DNA of 48,114 nt from Armatimonadota bacterium (GTDB lineage: Bacteria > Sysuimicrobiota > Sysuimicrobiia > Sysuimicrobiales > Humicultoraceae): NCBI GenBank assembly GCA_037443365.1, contig JBBIOM010000015.1:1-48114 (forward strand), in the 5' to 3' direction. Shown one piece after another: positions 37,852-47,899 of this stretch. The first letter of the stretch is position 1. The number at the start of each line of letters is the position of its first letter. The position numbers and the translations under genes are program-made. The notes beneath the pieces were generated by a model. The model was not told the origin of the DNA and searched no databases. It saw only the letters and a program-made list of their open reading frames with translations.

Positions 37852-38124
37852 CTAGGACTTCTCGTGGAGGCCTGGTGTCGATGTCGGTTCAACCCCAGGG
37901 GGGCCGGCAGCGCCGCTCGGCGCGGCGTCGCCGTTGCCCGACTGCGCAGGCTTCCTGTAGTCGGTGCTGTGGAACCCGCTACCCTTGAAGATCAGACCTA
38001 CCGAGGAATACACCTTGCGCGCGTCGCCGCCGCACTGCGGGCAGCGCGGCGCAGGCTGGTCTGCGGCCTGGAAGTTCTCGAAATCGTGCTGGCACCGCCT
38101 GCAGCGGTACTCGTAGATCGGCAT
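37852..38124 (-). CDS. FmdB family zinc-ribbon protein
   Basis: MPIYEYRCRRC...CPQCGG...FKGSGFHSTDY; AGGAG RBS. Confidence 0.93.
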   Translation of the reverse strand: MPIYEYRCRRCQHDFENFQAADQPAPRCPQCGGDARKVYSSVGLIFKGSGFHSTDYRKPAQSGNGDAAPSGAAGPPGVEPTSTPGLHEKS

Positions 38125-38139
38125 CCGGCTCGTCAGCTC

Positions 38140-39345
38140 CTAGCAGACTTGGTAGCGCCCCTCGGCAAGATCCTGCGACAGCCGCCGGATGTCCGCAAGC
38201 TCGTAATCGAGGATCTCACGGACACGTCGCTCCACCGTGCTGCGGCGGGCGCGCGGTGCCAGCACGAGCTGTGCCGCGGCAACCTTGGGTTGGTCCACGG
38301 GCGATCCGATCTGGCTCAGCAGCCAGACATAGACCTCGTCAACGCCGGGGACATCGTTGTAGATCCTATCGGCCACCTGGTGCGTCAGAATCGTGTAGAT
38401 CTTGCCCACGTGCGATACCGGGTTCTTCCCGGCCGCTGCCTCGGTCCCCATCGGGCGGTTCAGGGCGATCACGCCGTTGACCTTGTTTCCGCGTCCCACC
38501 TGCCCGGAGTCGCCGCTCTCCGCCGAGGTGCCCGTCACTGTCAGGTACATGCCTCCGATCCCACGGCCGGGTTCGTCGAGGGTGTTCAGGTACAGGTGAA
38601 CCTTCTTGAAGGACTGCAGCGTCGCCAGCCGTTCGCACACGGCAGCATGCAGCTCGGCCTTCCGGCGCAGGTAGGTGGCCTCTCCATCTATGAACCTGTC
38701 CACGAAGGCCACCGCGGCGGTCATGTGGAGCTCGTCCTCCTGACGGAATCCCATGACCTTGATGTCCTCTCCCACCTCGGGGAAGCGCTCCTTGAAGGTG
38801 CGGGAGTTCATCAGGCGCTCGGTCTCGAGCACGGCCTGCTCGGTGGGTGTGAGCGGGGCGTAGCCCACCGCGGCCGAGGTGTCGTTGGCAACGGGCGCGC
38901 CCCCGCGCTGGAAGATGTCCACCAGTTCCGGTGCGCCGGGCTTGATCTGGACATCGTAGGCTACGTGCTTCTCCGCGTCAACGAACCGCAGGTGCTCGCG
39001 AATCCACGCCTTCGCGGTGTCCACGGCGATCTCGCCCACGGGGATCTCCTCTCCGTTGGCCAGCGCGGTCGCCCGGTCGCCGAAGATCAGTCGCATCGGA
39101 TCCGTCACTTCACCCCCGCCCAACCGGATCTCCGCGTTGCCGGCCACGAGGAACGCCTTGTCGATGTTGTGGTGGAGGATGCGCCCAAAGCGCTGCAGGT
39201 ACTCACGGCTCAGCGCGATCGACACGCGCTCCATGATCGCGTCGCAGATCGAGTCGGGGTGACCAACCCCCTTGCGCTCCACGATCTCCACCTTGTGACG
39301 AGACACAGGCGTGCGGGCCAGGACATCCACGGTGATGTTGCGCAT
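38140..39345 (-). CDS. mat: methionine adenosyltransferase, archaeal type
   Basis: [64 protein letters not shown]. Confidence 0.95.
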   Translation of the reverse strand: MRNITVDVLARTPVSRHKVEIVERKGVGHPDSICDAIMERVSIALSREYLQRFGRILHHNIDKAFLVAGNAEIRLGGGEVTDPMRLIFGDRATALANGEEIPVGEIAVDTAKAWIREHLRFVDAEKHVAYDVQIKPGAPELVDIFQRGGAPVANDTSAAVGYAPLTPTEQAVLETERLMNSRTFKERFPEVGEDIKVMGFRQEDELHMTAAVAFVDRFIDGEATYLRRKAELHAAVCERLATLQSFKKVHLYLNTLDEPGRGIGGMYLTVTGTSAESGDSGQVGRGNKVNGVIALNRPMGTEAAAGKNPVSHVGKIYTILTHQVADRIYNDVPGVDEVYVWLLSQIGSPVDQPKVAAAQLVLAPRARRSTVERRVREILDYELADIRRLSQDLAEGRYQVC

Positions 39346-39386
39346 TCCCACCCTCCCTCGAAGCCCTTATGCGGGCCACGCGCCAC

Positions 39387-39395
39387 ACTATAGCA
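39387..39395 (-). promoter_or_regulatory. extended -10 promoter upstream of the SAM synthetase
   Basis: TGCTATAGT in the rhomboid-mat intergenic gap. Confidence 0.6.
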
Positions 39396-39431
39396 GAACT
39401 GCGCGGCAGCGAGAAGCGTCCTGGCCCTGCG

Positions 39432-40100
39432 CTAGGGTAGGCGGGCGCGGCGCCGCGCGGCGAAGACCGGCACGAGCACGACCCCGGCCAGAAACCCGCC
39501 CACGTGCGCCCACCAGGCCACGGTGGTGACCCCGGGTGCGCCCAGCGCCGCCACCCCGGACAGCAGTTGAATCACGAACCACAGGGACAGGACGAGCACC
39601 GCCGGGAGTTCGGCGATGCGCACGAAGATCCCAAGCACCAGAAGCGAGACTATGCGCGCCCCCGGATACAGGATGAGGTAGGCGCCCAGCACGCCGGCGA
39701 TTGCGCCGCTGGCCCCAATCAGCGGCACGGGCGAGGAAGGCGCGGTGACCACGTGGGCCAACCCGGCGAGCACGCCGGCGATCAGGTAGAAGGCCAGGAA
39801 CCGGCCGTGCCCCATGGCGTCCTCGACGTTGTCGCCGAATATCCAAAGGTAGAGCATGTTCCCGCCCAGGTGCGCCCAACTGCCGTGCAGGAAGACCGAG
39901 GTGAGCAGGCCGATCCAGGCGCCCGGCCAGGGTCCGCCCATCACGACCCTGGGAACCGCGCCCATGGACGCGTAGAGGGACATGCGCGCCTCGCCACCCA
40001 GGCTCTCGGCGTATACGAACGCGCCCACGCACGCCGCGATCAGGGCGTACACGACGACGGGAGAGGAGGCCGAGCGGGTGCTGTCCCGCAGCGGAATCAC
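39432..40100 (-). CDS. rhomboid family intramembrane serine protease
   Basis: MIPLRD, HLGGNMLYLWIFG, GASG, AHVGGF; GTGA overlap with ispG. Confidence 0.95.
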   Translation of the reverse strand: MIPLRDSTRSASSPVVVYALIAACVGAFVYAESLGGEARMSLYASMGAVPRVVMGGPWPGAWIGLLTSVFLHGSWAHLGGNMLYLWIFGDNVEDAMGHGRFLAFYLIAGVLAGLAHVVTAPSSPVPLIGASGAIAGVLGAYLILYPGARIVSLLVLGIFVRIAELPAVLVLSLWFVIQLLSGVAALGAPGVTTVAWWAHVGGFLAGVVLVPVFAARRRARLP

Positions 40101-41182
40101 GCCTTGGGCCCTATCGCGCCGTAGCGCTCGCGGGCGATCGCCCAGACCCTGTCCATGAGCGCGTCAATCAGCCGGCCTTCGGGAAGGCTGGCCACGATCT
40201 TCCCGTCAACGAAGACAAGCCCCATGCCGCGACCGCAGGCCACGCCGACATCGGCCATGCGCGCCTCGCCCGGTCCGTTGACCGCGCAGCCCATCACGGC
40301 CACCTTCACCGGAGCAGGCACGTGACGCAGGCGCCTCTCCACCTCTTCTGCAATACTCACGATGTCGACCTCGGCGCGCCCGCAGGAAGGACAGGCCACC
40401 AGCAGGACGCCGCGCGAGCGCAGCCCGAGGCTCTTGAGGATCTCGTACGCCACCCGGACCTCCTCGGTGGGATCGGCCGCCAGCGACACGCGTATCGTGT
40501 CCCCGATCCCGCGGGCCAGCACCGTCCCGATCCCCACCGCGGACCTCAGCCCGCCCGCCCAGGCTGTTCCGGCCTCGGTCACGCCCAGGTGCAACGGATA
40601 GCGAGTCCGCTCGGCAAGCGCGCCGTACGCCTCGATCATCATCGGCACATCGGAAGCCTTGACTGAGATGACGATGTCGTAGAACTCCATCTCCTCAAGA
40701 ACCCGCACGTCCTCCAGCGCGCTTTCGACCAGGGCTTCGGCGCAAGGCCTCGCGAACCGGCGCAGGGAGGTCTTGGACAGCGAGCCGATATTGGCACCGA
40801 CGCGGATCGGAACCCCGCGAGCCTTGGCCTCGCGCGCCACCACCCGGACGCGCTGGCGACCGCCTATGTTGCCCGGGTTGATTCGGAGCTTGTCCGCCCC
40901 GGCCTCCAGGGCGCGGAGGGCCAGGCGGTGATCGAAGTGGATATCGGCCACCACGGGCAGCGGACTCCTGGCCTTGATCTCAGCCACCGCCGTGGCGGCC
41001 TCGGCGTCAGGCACGGCCACACGCACGATCTCGCACCCCTCGGAAGCCAGAGCGTAGATCTGGGCCAGGGTCGCAGGAACGTCGCGTGTGTCGGTGGAGG
41101 TCATGGACTGGACGGCCACCGGCGCTCCACCGCCGATCTCCACCGAGCCGATCTTGACCTTCCTGGTTAGCAGGCGGTGCAT
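40097..41182 (-). CDS. ispG: HMBPP synthase
   Basis: VQSMT, ADIHF, RINPGN, HLGVTEAG, CPSCGR, MGCAVNGPGE. Confidence 0.97.
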   Translation of the reverse strand: MHRLLTRKVKIGSVEIGGGAPVAVQSMTSTDTRDVPATLAQIYALASEGCEIVRVAVPDAEAATAVAEIKARSPLPVVADIHFDHRLALRALEAGADKLRINPGNIGGRQRVRVVAREAKARGVPIRVGANIGSLSKTSLRRFARPCAEALVESALEDVRVLEEMEFYDIVISVKASDVPMMIEAYGALAERTRYPLHLGVTEAGTAWAGGLRSAVGIGTVLARGIGDTIRVSLAADPTEEVRVAYEILKSLGLRSRGVLLVACPSCGRAEVDIVSIAEEVERRLRHVPAPVKVAVMGCAVNGPGEARMADVGVACGRGMGLVFVDGKIVASLPEGRLIDALMDRVWAIARERYGAIGPKA

Positions 41183-41186
41183 CTCG

Positions 41187-42215
41187 CTAGAGACGTGCGA
41201 CGTCTCGAACCGTGAGCCCAAGCAGCAGCAACAGCAGCAGGGCGAACCCGATCGTGTGCACCAGGCCTTCGCGACGGGGGTCGAGCGGGCGGCGGCGTAC
41301 GGCCTCTACGAGCAAGAACGCCAAGCGGCCTCCGTCCAGGGCCGGCAGCGGAAGCAGATTGAAGAACCCGATGATCACGCTCAGGAACGCGGCGACGTGG
41401 AAGAACACACCCGCCCCAGAACCGGCGGCCTGCGCAAGGATGCTGCCGGCGGCCACCGGCCCGCCCAGGCTGTCCAGGAGCTTGCGTTCGCGCGTCAGCG
41501 ACACCAGGGCGCCCCCCACGGTCGAGATGAGCTGCCCTGTGCGCTCCAAGCCCCAGGCAATGGCGGCCGGGGCGCTCAGGCGCTTCCAGAGAGGTTCGGG
41601 AGAGAACCCGATGCGGCCGACCCCGCGCGCAGGGTCGAATCGCGGGGTGACGGTCACCGCGATCTCCGTGACGCCGCGGCGCAGGCGCAGTTCCAGGGGC
41701 CGCCCGGCGCTTCTGTGGATCGTCTCAATGATGCGCTCGCCGTCAGGGTTCGCGATGCCGTCTATCGAGACGATCAGGTCGCCCGGCCTCAGCCCGGCAT
41801 CCGCGGCCGGCCATCCTGCTTCGACCGTGCCCACGCGCGCGCTGGGGCCGGCCGGGACTCCTCCGGTGGCCGCCGATACCGCCAGGATGACCGCGGCCAT
41901 CAGCAGGTTCATCGCGGGGCCCGCGGCTATGATCGCCATGCGCGCGCCAACGCTCTTGGAGGTGAAACTGCCGGAGTCGCTCCTGCCGTGGCCGTCCTCG
42001 CCCTCCATGCGTACATATCCGCCAAGCGGTATCAGGTTGACGGCGTATCGTGTCTCGCCGCGCTGCCAGCCCAGGATCGTGGGGCCGAACCCAAGCGCAA
42101 ACACGTGCACGCGCACACCGGCGCGGCGGGCCATCAGGAAGTGCCCGAGCTCGTGCACGAAGATCATCGCGCCGAACGCGGCCACGGCCGCCAGTACGTT
42201 GTTCACAACCGTCAC
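41187..42215 (-). CDS. rseP: RIP metalloprotease RseP (M50 + PDZ)
   Basis: HELGH, GGYVRM, AGPAMN, PDZ, NLLPLPALDGG. Confidence 0.96.
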   Translation of the reverse strand: MTVVNNVLAAVAAFGAMIFVHELGHFLMARRAGVRVHVFALGFGPTILGWQRGETRYAVNLIPLGGYVRMEGEDGHGRSDSGSFTSKSVGARMAIIAAGPAMNLLMAAVILAVSAATGGVPAGPSARVGTVEAGWPAADAGLRPGDLIVSIDGIANPDGERIIETIHRSAGRPLELRLRRGVTEIAVTVTPRFDPARGVGRIGFSPEPLWKRLSAPAAIAWGLERTGQLISTVGGALVSLTRERKLLDSLGGPVAAGSILAQAAGSGAGVFFHVAAFLSVIIGFFNLLPLPALDGGRLAFLLVEAVRRRPLDPRREGLVHTIGFALLLLLLLGLTVRDVARL

Positions 42216-43357
42216 CTCGTCTTATCAATCATACCCGACGCCTCTGCCCTGGCCCAGGCGTCGGCTTCCAGCACGGCGCCAAGCGTTCCCGCAGGGCGCG
42301 GCTCGCACCGGGTGAGTACCCGCTCAACGGTCGCGGCTATACCGGTGAAGGGCACCGCGCCCGCCAGGAACCGCTCAACCGCGACCTCGTTGGCCGCGTT
42401 CAGAACGGCCGGCGCCATCCCCCCCATCCGCAGCGCCTGCCGCGCAAGGGCCAGCGCCGGGAAGCGCTCGGGCTCTGGCCTCTCGAACGACATCGAGAGC
42501 CGATCCCATTCCATGGGCGCCACGAGCCCAGGCGCACGTCGGCCTCGCGACAGGGCGTGCTGAATGGGCCCGCGCATGTCCGGCCGCGCGACCTGGGCGA
42601 TTGTCGAGCCGTCGACGAACTCCACCATGGAGTGCACCAGGCTCTGCGGATGGATCACGACCTCGATCTGGCCCTCGGGCACCCCAAACAGCCAATGCGC
42701 CTCGACTATCTCCAGCCCCTTGTTCATCAGGGTCGCCGAGTCAACCGTGACCTTCCTGCCCATGCTCCAGGTCGGGTGCGCCAGCGCTTCCTCCACGGTC
42801 ACCGAGGCAAGCGAGGTCAAGGGGCGTCGCAGGAAGGGCCCGCCCGAGGCGGTGAGTATCAACCGGCGCACCGCGGCGCGATCCTCCCCGACCAGGCACT
42901 GGAACACAGCGCTGTGCTCGCTGTCCACCGGGAACAGCCTTGCTCCGGAGCGCTCGCAGGCCGAGGTGACCAGTCCCCCGCCGGCCACAAGCGCCTCCTT
43001 GTTGGCCAGCGCCACATCCGCCCCGGCATCCAAAGCCGCCAGCGTGGGGCGCAGGCCGGCCACGCCCACAACCGCCACCAACACCATGTCCGCCCCTGGG
43101 AACGCGGCCAGCTCGGTGGCGGCATCGGGCCCGATCAGCAGCGCGACCTCGCCCGGGAGATCCGCCCGCAGGCGCTGTGCCGCGGAGGCGTCCTCCACCG
43201 CGACGGCGCGCGGGCGCCAGCGGTGCGCCTGCGCCGCGAGCTCGGCCCCGCCGCGGCGCGCCGCTAGTCCTATGATCTCGACGTCGCCGAGCGAAGACGC
43301 GACCTCGAGCGCGGCGCGGCCTATGCTGCCGGTCGAGCCCAGAACCACAAGGCGCAT
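42212..43357 (-). CDS. dxr: 1-deoxy-D-xylulose-5-phosphate reductoisomerase
   Basis: LGSTGSIG, LANKE, PVDSEH, TASGGPF, HPTWSMG, NAANE; TGATG coupling with cdsA (alternative start 43369). Confidence 0.97.
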   Translation of the reverse strand: MRLVVLGSTGSIGRAALEVASSLGDVEIIGLAARRGGAELAAQAHRWRPRAVAVEDASAAQRLRADLPGEVALLIGPDAATELAAFPGADMVLVAVVGVAGLRPTLAALDAGADVALANKEALVAGGGLVTSACERSGARLFPVDSEHSAVFQCLVGEDRAAVRRLILTASGGPFLRRPLTSLASVTVEEALAHPTWSMGRKVTVDSATLMNKGLEIVEAHWLFGVPEGQIEVVIHPQSLVHSMVEFVDGSTIAQVARPDMRGPIQHALSRGRRAPGLVAPMEWDRLSMSFERPEPERFPALALARQALRMGGMAPAVLNAANEVAVERFLAGAVPFTGIAATVERVLTRCEPRPAGTLGAVLEADAWARAEASGMIDKTR

Positions 43358-44169
43358 CACAACAGGCATCTCCAGAGGTAGTACCCGGCAGGCACGCCGA
43401 ACAGCACCGCGTCGAACCGGTCCAGCACGCCGCCGTGCCCGGGCAGCAACGCGCCCGAGTCCTTGACGCCGGCCCTACGCTTGAGGGCGGACTCCCACAG
43501 ATCCCCTGCCACCGCTGCCAGCGCCACGCCCAGCCCGATGCCGGCCAGCGGCCGCGGGCTCCATCCCATCGGCAGGGCCAGAAGGACCGCTACTCCGACC
43601 GCGGCCACCAGCCCGGCCAGGAATCCCTCAACGCTCTTCCCCGGGCTGATCGAGGGTGCCAGCCTGCGGCGGCCCCAGGCGCCTCCGGCGAAGAACGCGG
43701 CCGTGTCGTTGACCCAGACGAGACCCACGACCGCGAGCGTCGCGGCCGGACCGTGGGCGCCACGCATCAGAATCAGGTACGAGAACAGGACGCCCACGTA
43801 GAGCGCGCCCAGCGCCGCGACCGCGGCGCGCCCTGGCGCGGCGGCTCGCTGCGGGGAGACGAGCGACGCCAAGGCGGCCGCCACCACGAGCCCCGCGGCC
43901 AGCGCCCAGGCCTCGTCCCAGCGCCCTGCGGCCGCCCAGAGGGGAAAGAGCAGCGCACCGGCGAGCACCACGGATGGCACGCGGTATCCGGCGGCCCGAG
44001 CCAGGCGACCAAACTCGAGCGCGCCCAGGGCGCAAAGAAGCAGCACGACGGCCAGCAGCACCCACCCGCCGAGCCATAGGGCCGCGATCAGGAGCGGCGC
44101 GCCCACCACGGCCGTGGCGACGCGCTGCGCCAGCTTACGGCCGCCGGGCTCCGCCTTCCTTTCAGCCAC
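43357..44169 (-). CDS. cdsA: phosphatidate cytidylyltransferase
   Basis: SPGKSVEG, GDLWESALKR, KDSG, PGHGGVLDRFD. Confidence 0.96.
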   Translation of the reverse strand: MAERKAEPGGRKLAQRVATAVVGAPLLIAALWLGGWVLLAVVLLLCALGALEFGRLARAAGYRVPSVVLAGALLFPLWAAAGRWDEAWALAAGLVVAAALASLVSPQRAAAPGRAAVAALGALYVGVLFSYLILMRGAHGPAATLAVVGLVWVNDTAAFFAGGAWGRRRLAPSISPGKSVEGFLAGLVAAVGVAVLLALPMGWSPRPLAGIGLGVALAAVAGDLWESALKRRAGVKDSGALLPGHGGVLDRFDAVLFGVPAGYYLWRCLL

Positions 44170-44905
44170 CGGGGGCGCGCCCGAATCGCCGCTGCCGGCG
44201 CTGGTACTCGCCCACAGCCGCGATCAGGTGAGAGCGATCGAAGTCGGGCCAGTGTATGTCGAGGAAGACCAGTTCGGCGTAGGCGGCCTGCCAGAGCAGG
44301 AAGTTGGAGAGGCGCTGCTCGCATCCTGTCCGGATCAGCAGCTCGGGGTCGGGCATGCCCGCCGTGTAGAGGCACCCGGACAACGTCTGCTCCGAGATCT
44401 CCTCCGCCCCGAGCCGTCCCTCCCGCACCCGGGCGGCCAGCATGCGCGCCGCCCGAGCTATCTCTGCCCGGCCGCCGTAGTTGAACGCCACGACAAGCCG
44501 CAGCGCTTGGCACTCCATCGTCATCTGCTGCGCGCGCTCGATCTGGGCGCGGGTCTCGGGCGCGATCGCGTCCAGATCGCCGATGACGTGCAGGCGGATG
44601 CCCCCCCGGCGCAACTCCTCGGCCTCCGCCGCAAGCCGCTCGCGCAGCAGTCCCATCAACGCGTCCACCTCTTCGCTGGACCGCTGCCAGTTCTCGGTAG
44701 AGAAGGCGTAGAGCGTGAGGATGCGGATGCCCAGGTCGCGACAGCCCTCGATGGCGCGCCTTGCAGCCCCCACACCTGCCCGGTGGCCCGCGATGCGCGG
44801 CAGCCCGCGGGAGCTGGCCCAGCGGCCGTTGCCGTCCATGATGATGGCGACGTGAGCGGGAACGCGCAGGGGATCGAGCGGCGATGACGGCGACGGTCTA
44901 TCCAC
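44162..44905 (-). CDS. uppS: isoprenyl transferase (undecaprenyl diphosphate synthase)
   Basis: HVAIIMDGNGRW, YAFSTENW, NYGGRAEI, RLSNFLLWQ; probable GTG start 44905. Confidence 0.96.
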   Translation of the reverse strand: MDRPSPSSPLDPLRVPAHVAIIMDGNGRWASSRGLPRIAGHRAGVGAARRAIEGCRDLGIRILTLYAFSTENWQRSSEEVDALMGLLRERLAAEAEELRRGGIRLHVIGDLDAIAPETRAQIERAQQMTMECQALRLVVAFNYGGRAEIARAARMLAARVREGRLGAEEISEQTLSGCLYTAGMPDPELLIRTGCEQRLSNFLLWQAAYAELVFLDIHWPDFDRSHLIAAVGEYQRRQRRFGRAPGG

Positions 44906-45113
44906 CCGGCGGCCTCGGCGCAGGCGCGAAGCGCTCGTGCGCCACCACCAGGCGAACCCGTCGGTCGGCAATCTGCTGCTGCCGCACGACGCGCAGCTCG
45001 CCGGTGGGGATCACGCGGCGCGGGCTGTGGGTCTCGACCACCTCAACCCCGATGCCCTCCGCCTCCAGTGCTGCCCGGGCCTGCTCGAGTCGGCGCCCCA
45101 GCACGTCCATCAT
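44898..45113 (-). CDS. small PASTA-like hypothetical protein (71 aa)
   Basis: DVLGRRLEQARAALEAEG...VVRQ pattern resembles PASTA; fills the frr-uppS gap. Confidence 0.65.
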   Translation of the reverse strand: MMDVLGRRLEQARAALEAEGIGVEVVETHSPRRVIPTGELRVVRQQQIADRRVRLVVAHERFAPAPRPPGG

Positions 45114-45121
45114 GGAGCCGG

Positions 45122-45679
45122 CTAGACCTCCATGATCTCCTGCTCCTTGGCCTGGAGCAGGCGATCGAGGTGGGCGATCATCTCGTCGGTAAGCTGCTGG
45201 AGGCGTTCCATGCCGCGGTGGCATTCGTCCTCGGATATGTCGCCGTCGTCTTCGAACTGCTCAAGCATCTCCTTGGCCTCGCGACGCACGTTCCGGATGG
45301 CCACGCGGCCCTCCTCACCGTGCCTGCGCGCGATCTTGGCCAGGTCCCTGCGACGCTCCTCGGTCAGCGTGGGAATGGGGATGCGAATCAGGGTCCCGTC
45401 GCTGCTGGGAACCAGCCCCAGGTCGCTTCTGAGAATCGCCCGCTCGATCTCGCGCGTCGTGCTCTTGTCCCACGGCTGGATCACGAGCAGCCGGGCTTCG
45501 GGCGCCGTGACCGTGGCAAGCTGGTTGATGGGTGTGGGCGTGTCGTAGTAGTCCACCCTTATCTGGTCGAGCAGCGCGGTGCTGGCCCTCCCAGTGCGCA
45601 GGCTGGCGAACTCCCTGCGCGTCGCCTCAATCGTCTTCTGCATCCGCGACCTGGCGTCAGCCAGCACCTCGTCGGTCAT
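45122..45679 (-). CDS. frr: ribosome recycling factor
   Basis: LRTGRA, IQPWD, LTEERRRDL, RVAIRNVRR, KEQEIMEV. Confidence 0.98.
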   Translation of the reverse strand: MTDEVLADARSRMQKTIEATRREFASLRTGRASTALLDQIRVDYYDTPTPINQLATVTAPEARLLVIQPWDKSTTREIERAILRSDLGLVPSSDGTLIRIPIPTLTEERRRDLAKIARRHGEEGRVAIRNVRREAKEMLEQFEDDGDISEDECHRGMERLQQLTDEMIAHLDRLLQAKEQEIMEV

Positions 45680-46428
45680 GAGCGGCTCCCTCCCACGAGG
45701 GTTCCGATGGGGTCCCCGGCCACCACCCGCGGGATGTTGCCGGGCCGGGTGACGTCGAACACAACGATGTCCATCTTGTTGTCCTTGCAGAGGGCCGCCG
45801 CCGTGGCGTCCATCACGCGAAGGTCGCGGTTCAGGATGTCCATGTAGTCCAGGCGCGAGAACATGACGGCGTCAGGGTGCGCTCGCGGGTCCTTGTCATA
45901 GACGCCCATTACGCCCTTCTTGGCCATCAGCACGGCGTCCGCCTGCACCTCGATGGCGCGGAGCGCGGCCGCGGTGTCGGTGCTGAAGTACGGGCTGCCG
46001 GTGCCGCCCACAAAGATCACGACGCGGCCCTTCTCGAGATGCCGCAGCGCCCTCCGGCGGATGTAGGGCTCGGCCACCTGTCGCATCTCGATGGACGAGA
46101 GGACGCGCACAACCAGCCCGATGCGCTCCATGGAGTCCATGAGGGCCAGCCCGTTGATCACGGTAGCCAGCATCCCCATGGTGTGCCCCGTCACCTCGTC
46201 GATGCCGAGGCGGCGGCTGAGATCGGAGCCCCGTACGATGTTCCCGCCGCCGACCACGATCGCCACCTGAACGCCGCGCGCCACAACGTCGCGCACCTCG
46301 CTGGCGACCAACTGAAGGACCTCGGGGTCGAACCCCATCCCGCCGTTGCCGGCCAGCGCCTCACCGCTGAGCTTGAGCAGGACCCGACGATAGGCGGTCC
46401 GTTTCGCGGGCTCGTCTGCGGCGTCCAT
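45676..46428 (-). CDS. pyrH: UMP kinase
   Basis: RVLLKLSGEAL, GGGNIVRG, MGMLAT, PYFSTDTAAALRA. Confidence 0.97.
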   Translation of the reverse strand: MDAADEPAKRTAYRRVLLKLSGEALAGNGGMGFDPEVLQLVASEVRDVVARGVQVAIVVGGGNIVRGSDLSRRLGIDEVTGHTMGMLATVINGLALMDSMERIGLVVRVLSSIEMRQVAEPYIRRRALRHLEKGRVVIFVGGTGSPYFSTDTAAALRAIEVQADAVLMAKKGVMGVYDKDPRAHPDAVMFSRLDYMDILNRDLRVMDATAAALCKDNKMDIVVFDVTRPGNIPRVVAGDPIGTLVGGSRS

Positions 46429-46455
46429 GACCTCCCCCTCTGGGGCGCCCCTGTG

Positions 46456-47031
46456 CTATTCCCCTAGCCTGAACCGGGCGAACCTCCGCACCGCGACGTT
46501 CTCGCCCACGCGGGCGGCGACGTCGGCAATCAGGTCGCGGACCTTGCGGCCGGCGTCGCGGATGTAGGGCTGCTCGAGCAGGGCCACCTCCTCGATCCAC
46601 TGCCCCAGGCGCCGGTCGACCTCGGCATCCGATAGCCCCGGGTGCTCGGCGGCGATGGCCGCGCGCCGTGCTGCCAGCAGATCGGCGGGGACGTCCTCGC
46701 TGGAAACGAAGCGCGGGGCCGAGGCGGCCACCTGCATGGCCAGCTCGCGCGCCGTGGTCCGGAAGCCGTCGGTGCGGGCCACGAAGTCGGTCTCGCAGTT
46801 CAGCTCCACGAGCGCACCCAACCGGCTTCCTGGGTGCAGGTAGGCCTCTATGATCCCCTCGGAGGTAGCCCGGCCGGCCCGCTTGGCAACGGCCGCCAGC
46901 CCCTTGGCGCGCAGCAGGCCGCCGGCGGCGTCCAGGTCTCCCCCGGTCTCCTCGAGGGCCCTCCGGCAGTCCATGATGCCGGCCCCGGTGCGCGCGCGAA
47001 GCTCCTTCACCATTTCGGTCGTCACTGCCAT
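46456..47031 (-). CDS. tsf: elongation factor Ts (short form)
   Basis: VKELRARTGAGIMDC, ELNCETDFVA, RRFARFRLGE. Confidence 0.97.
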   Translation of the reverse strand: MAVTTEMVKELRARTGAGIMDCRRALEETGGDLDAAGGLLRAKGLAAVAKRAGRATSEGIIEAYLHPGSRLGALVELNCETDFVARTDGFRTTARELAMQVAASAPRFVSSEDVPADLLAARRAAIAAEHPGLSDAEVDRRLGQWIEEVALLEQPYIRDAGRKVRDLIADVAARVGENVAVRRFARFRLGE

Positions 47032-47034
47032 CGG

Positions 47035-47859
47035 CTAACCCCTGGGCTCCTCGACGACTGGACCGCTGCCCTGGAACTCGTGCTCGCCGACCAGCGGCAT
47101 CGCCTCCATTGTCTCTTCCTCTTGCTCGGCGGGTGCGCCCTCCCCGGTCTCCTCCTCGTGCACCTCGCGCTTGCGGCGCTCCTCGATGCCCTCAAGGCAG
47201 GCATTCGCTATGCGGCTGGTGATCAGCCGCACGGCGCGGATGGCATCGTCGTTGCCTGGAATCGCGTAATCCACCTCGTCCGGATCGCAGTTCGTGTCGA
47301 GGATCGCCACCACCGGGATCCCGAGCGTGCGCGCCTCGGCCACGGCGATGTGCTCCTGTCGCGTGTCCACGACGTAGACGGCCGCGGGCAGGCGGTTCAT
47401 CGTCCTTATCCCGCCCAGGAACTTCTCCAGACGCGCCGCCTCTTCGGCAAGACGCGTCTGCTCGCGCTTGGGTAGCACGTCCATGACGCCGCGCTGCCGC
47501 ATGTCCTCGATCTCGCGCAGCCTCTCGACGCGCCGCCGAATGGTCTGGAAGTTCGTGAGCATGCCGCCCAGCCACCGCTGGTTGACGTAGGGCGCTCCGG
47601 CGCGCACGGCTTCCTCGCGGATCGCGTCCTGGGCCTGCTTCTTTGTTCCCACGAACAGCACGTCGCCGCCTGCGGCGACCGTCTCGCGCACGAACCGGTA
47701 TGCCTCCTCGATCAGCGGAACGCTCTTCTGGAGATCGATGATGTGGATTCCGTTGCGTTCGGTGAAGATGAACCGGCTCATCTTGGGGTTCCATCGCCGG
47801 GTCTGGTGCCCGAAGTGGACCCCCGATTCCAGCAACTGCTTCATCGTAACTACCGGCAA
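47035..47859 (-). CDS. rpsB: 30S ribosomal protein S2
   Basis: [43 protein letters not shown] start after AAGGGAGG. Confidence 0.98.
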   Translation of the reverse strand: MPVVTMKQLLESGVHFGHQTRRWNPKMSRFIFTERNGIHIIDLQKSVPLIEEAYRFVRETVAAGGDVLFVGTKKQAQDAIREEAVRAGAPYVNQRWLGGMLTNFQTIRRRVERLREIEDMRQRGVMDVLPKREQTRLAEEAARLEKFLGGIRTMNRLPAAVYVVDTRQEHIAVAEARTLGIPVVAILDTNCDPDEVDYAIPGNDDAIRAVRLITSRIANACLEGIEERRKREVHEEETGEGAPAEQEEETMEAMPLVGEHEFQGSGPVVEEPRG

Positions 47860-47899
47860 CTCGCAACCTCCCTTGGGATCCGAGGCCCGCCGAGATCCC

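Noticed and set aside
39346..39431. SAM riboswitch upstream of the SAM synthetase
   Set aside because: The leader after the -10 box is only about 35 nt and no SAM-I/II/III motif is visible
45676..46428. PyrH substitutions at usually conserved Asp positions (GHTMGM, GVMGVY) as a sign of inactivation
   Set aside because: All other motifs and the tsf-pyrH-frr context are intact; more likely natural variation, and not decidable without an alignment
46456..47031. 191-aa EF-Ts as a truncated gene
   Set aside because: Short dimeric EF-Ts is a known natural form and both termini are intact
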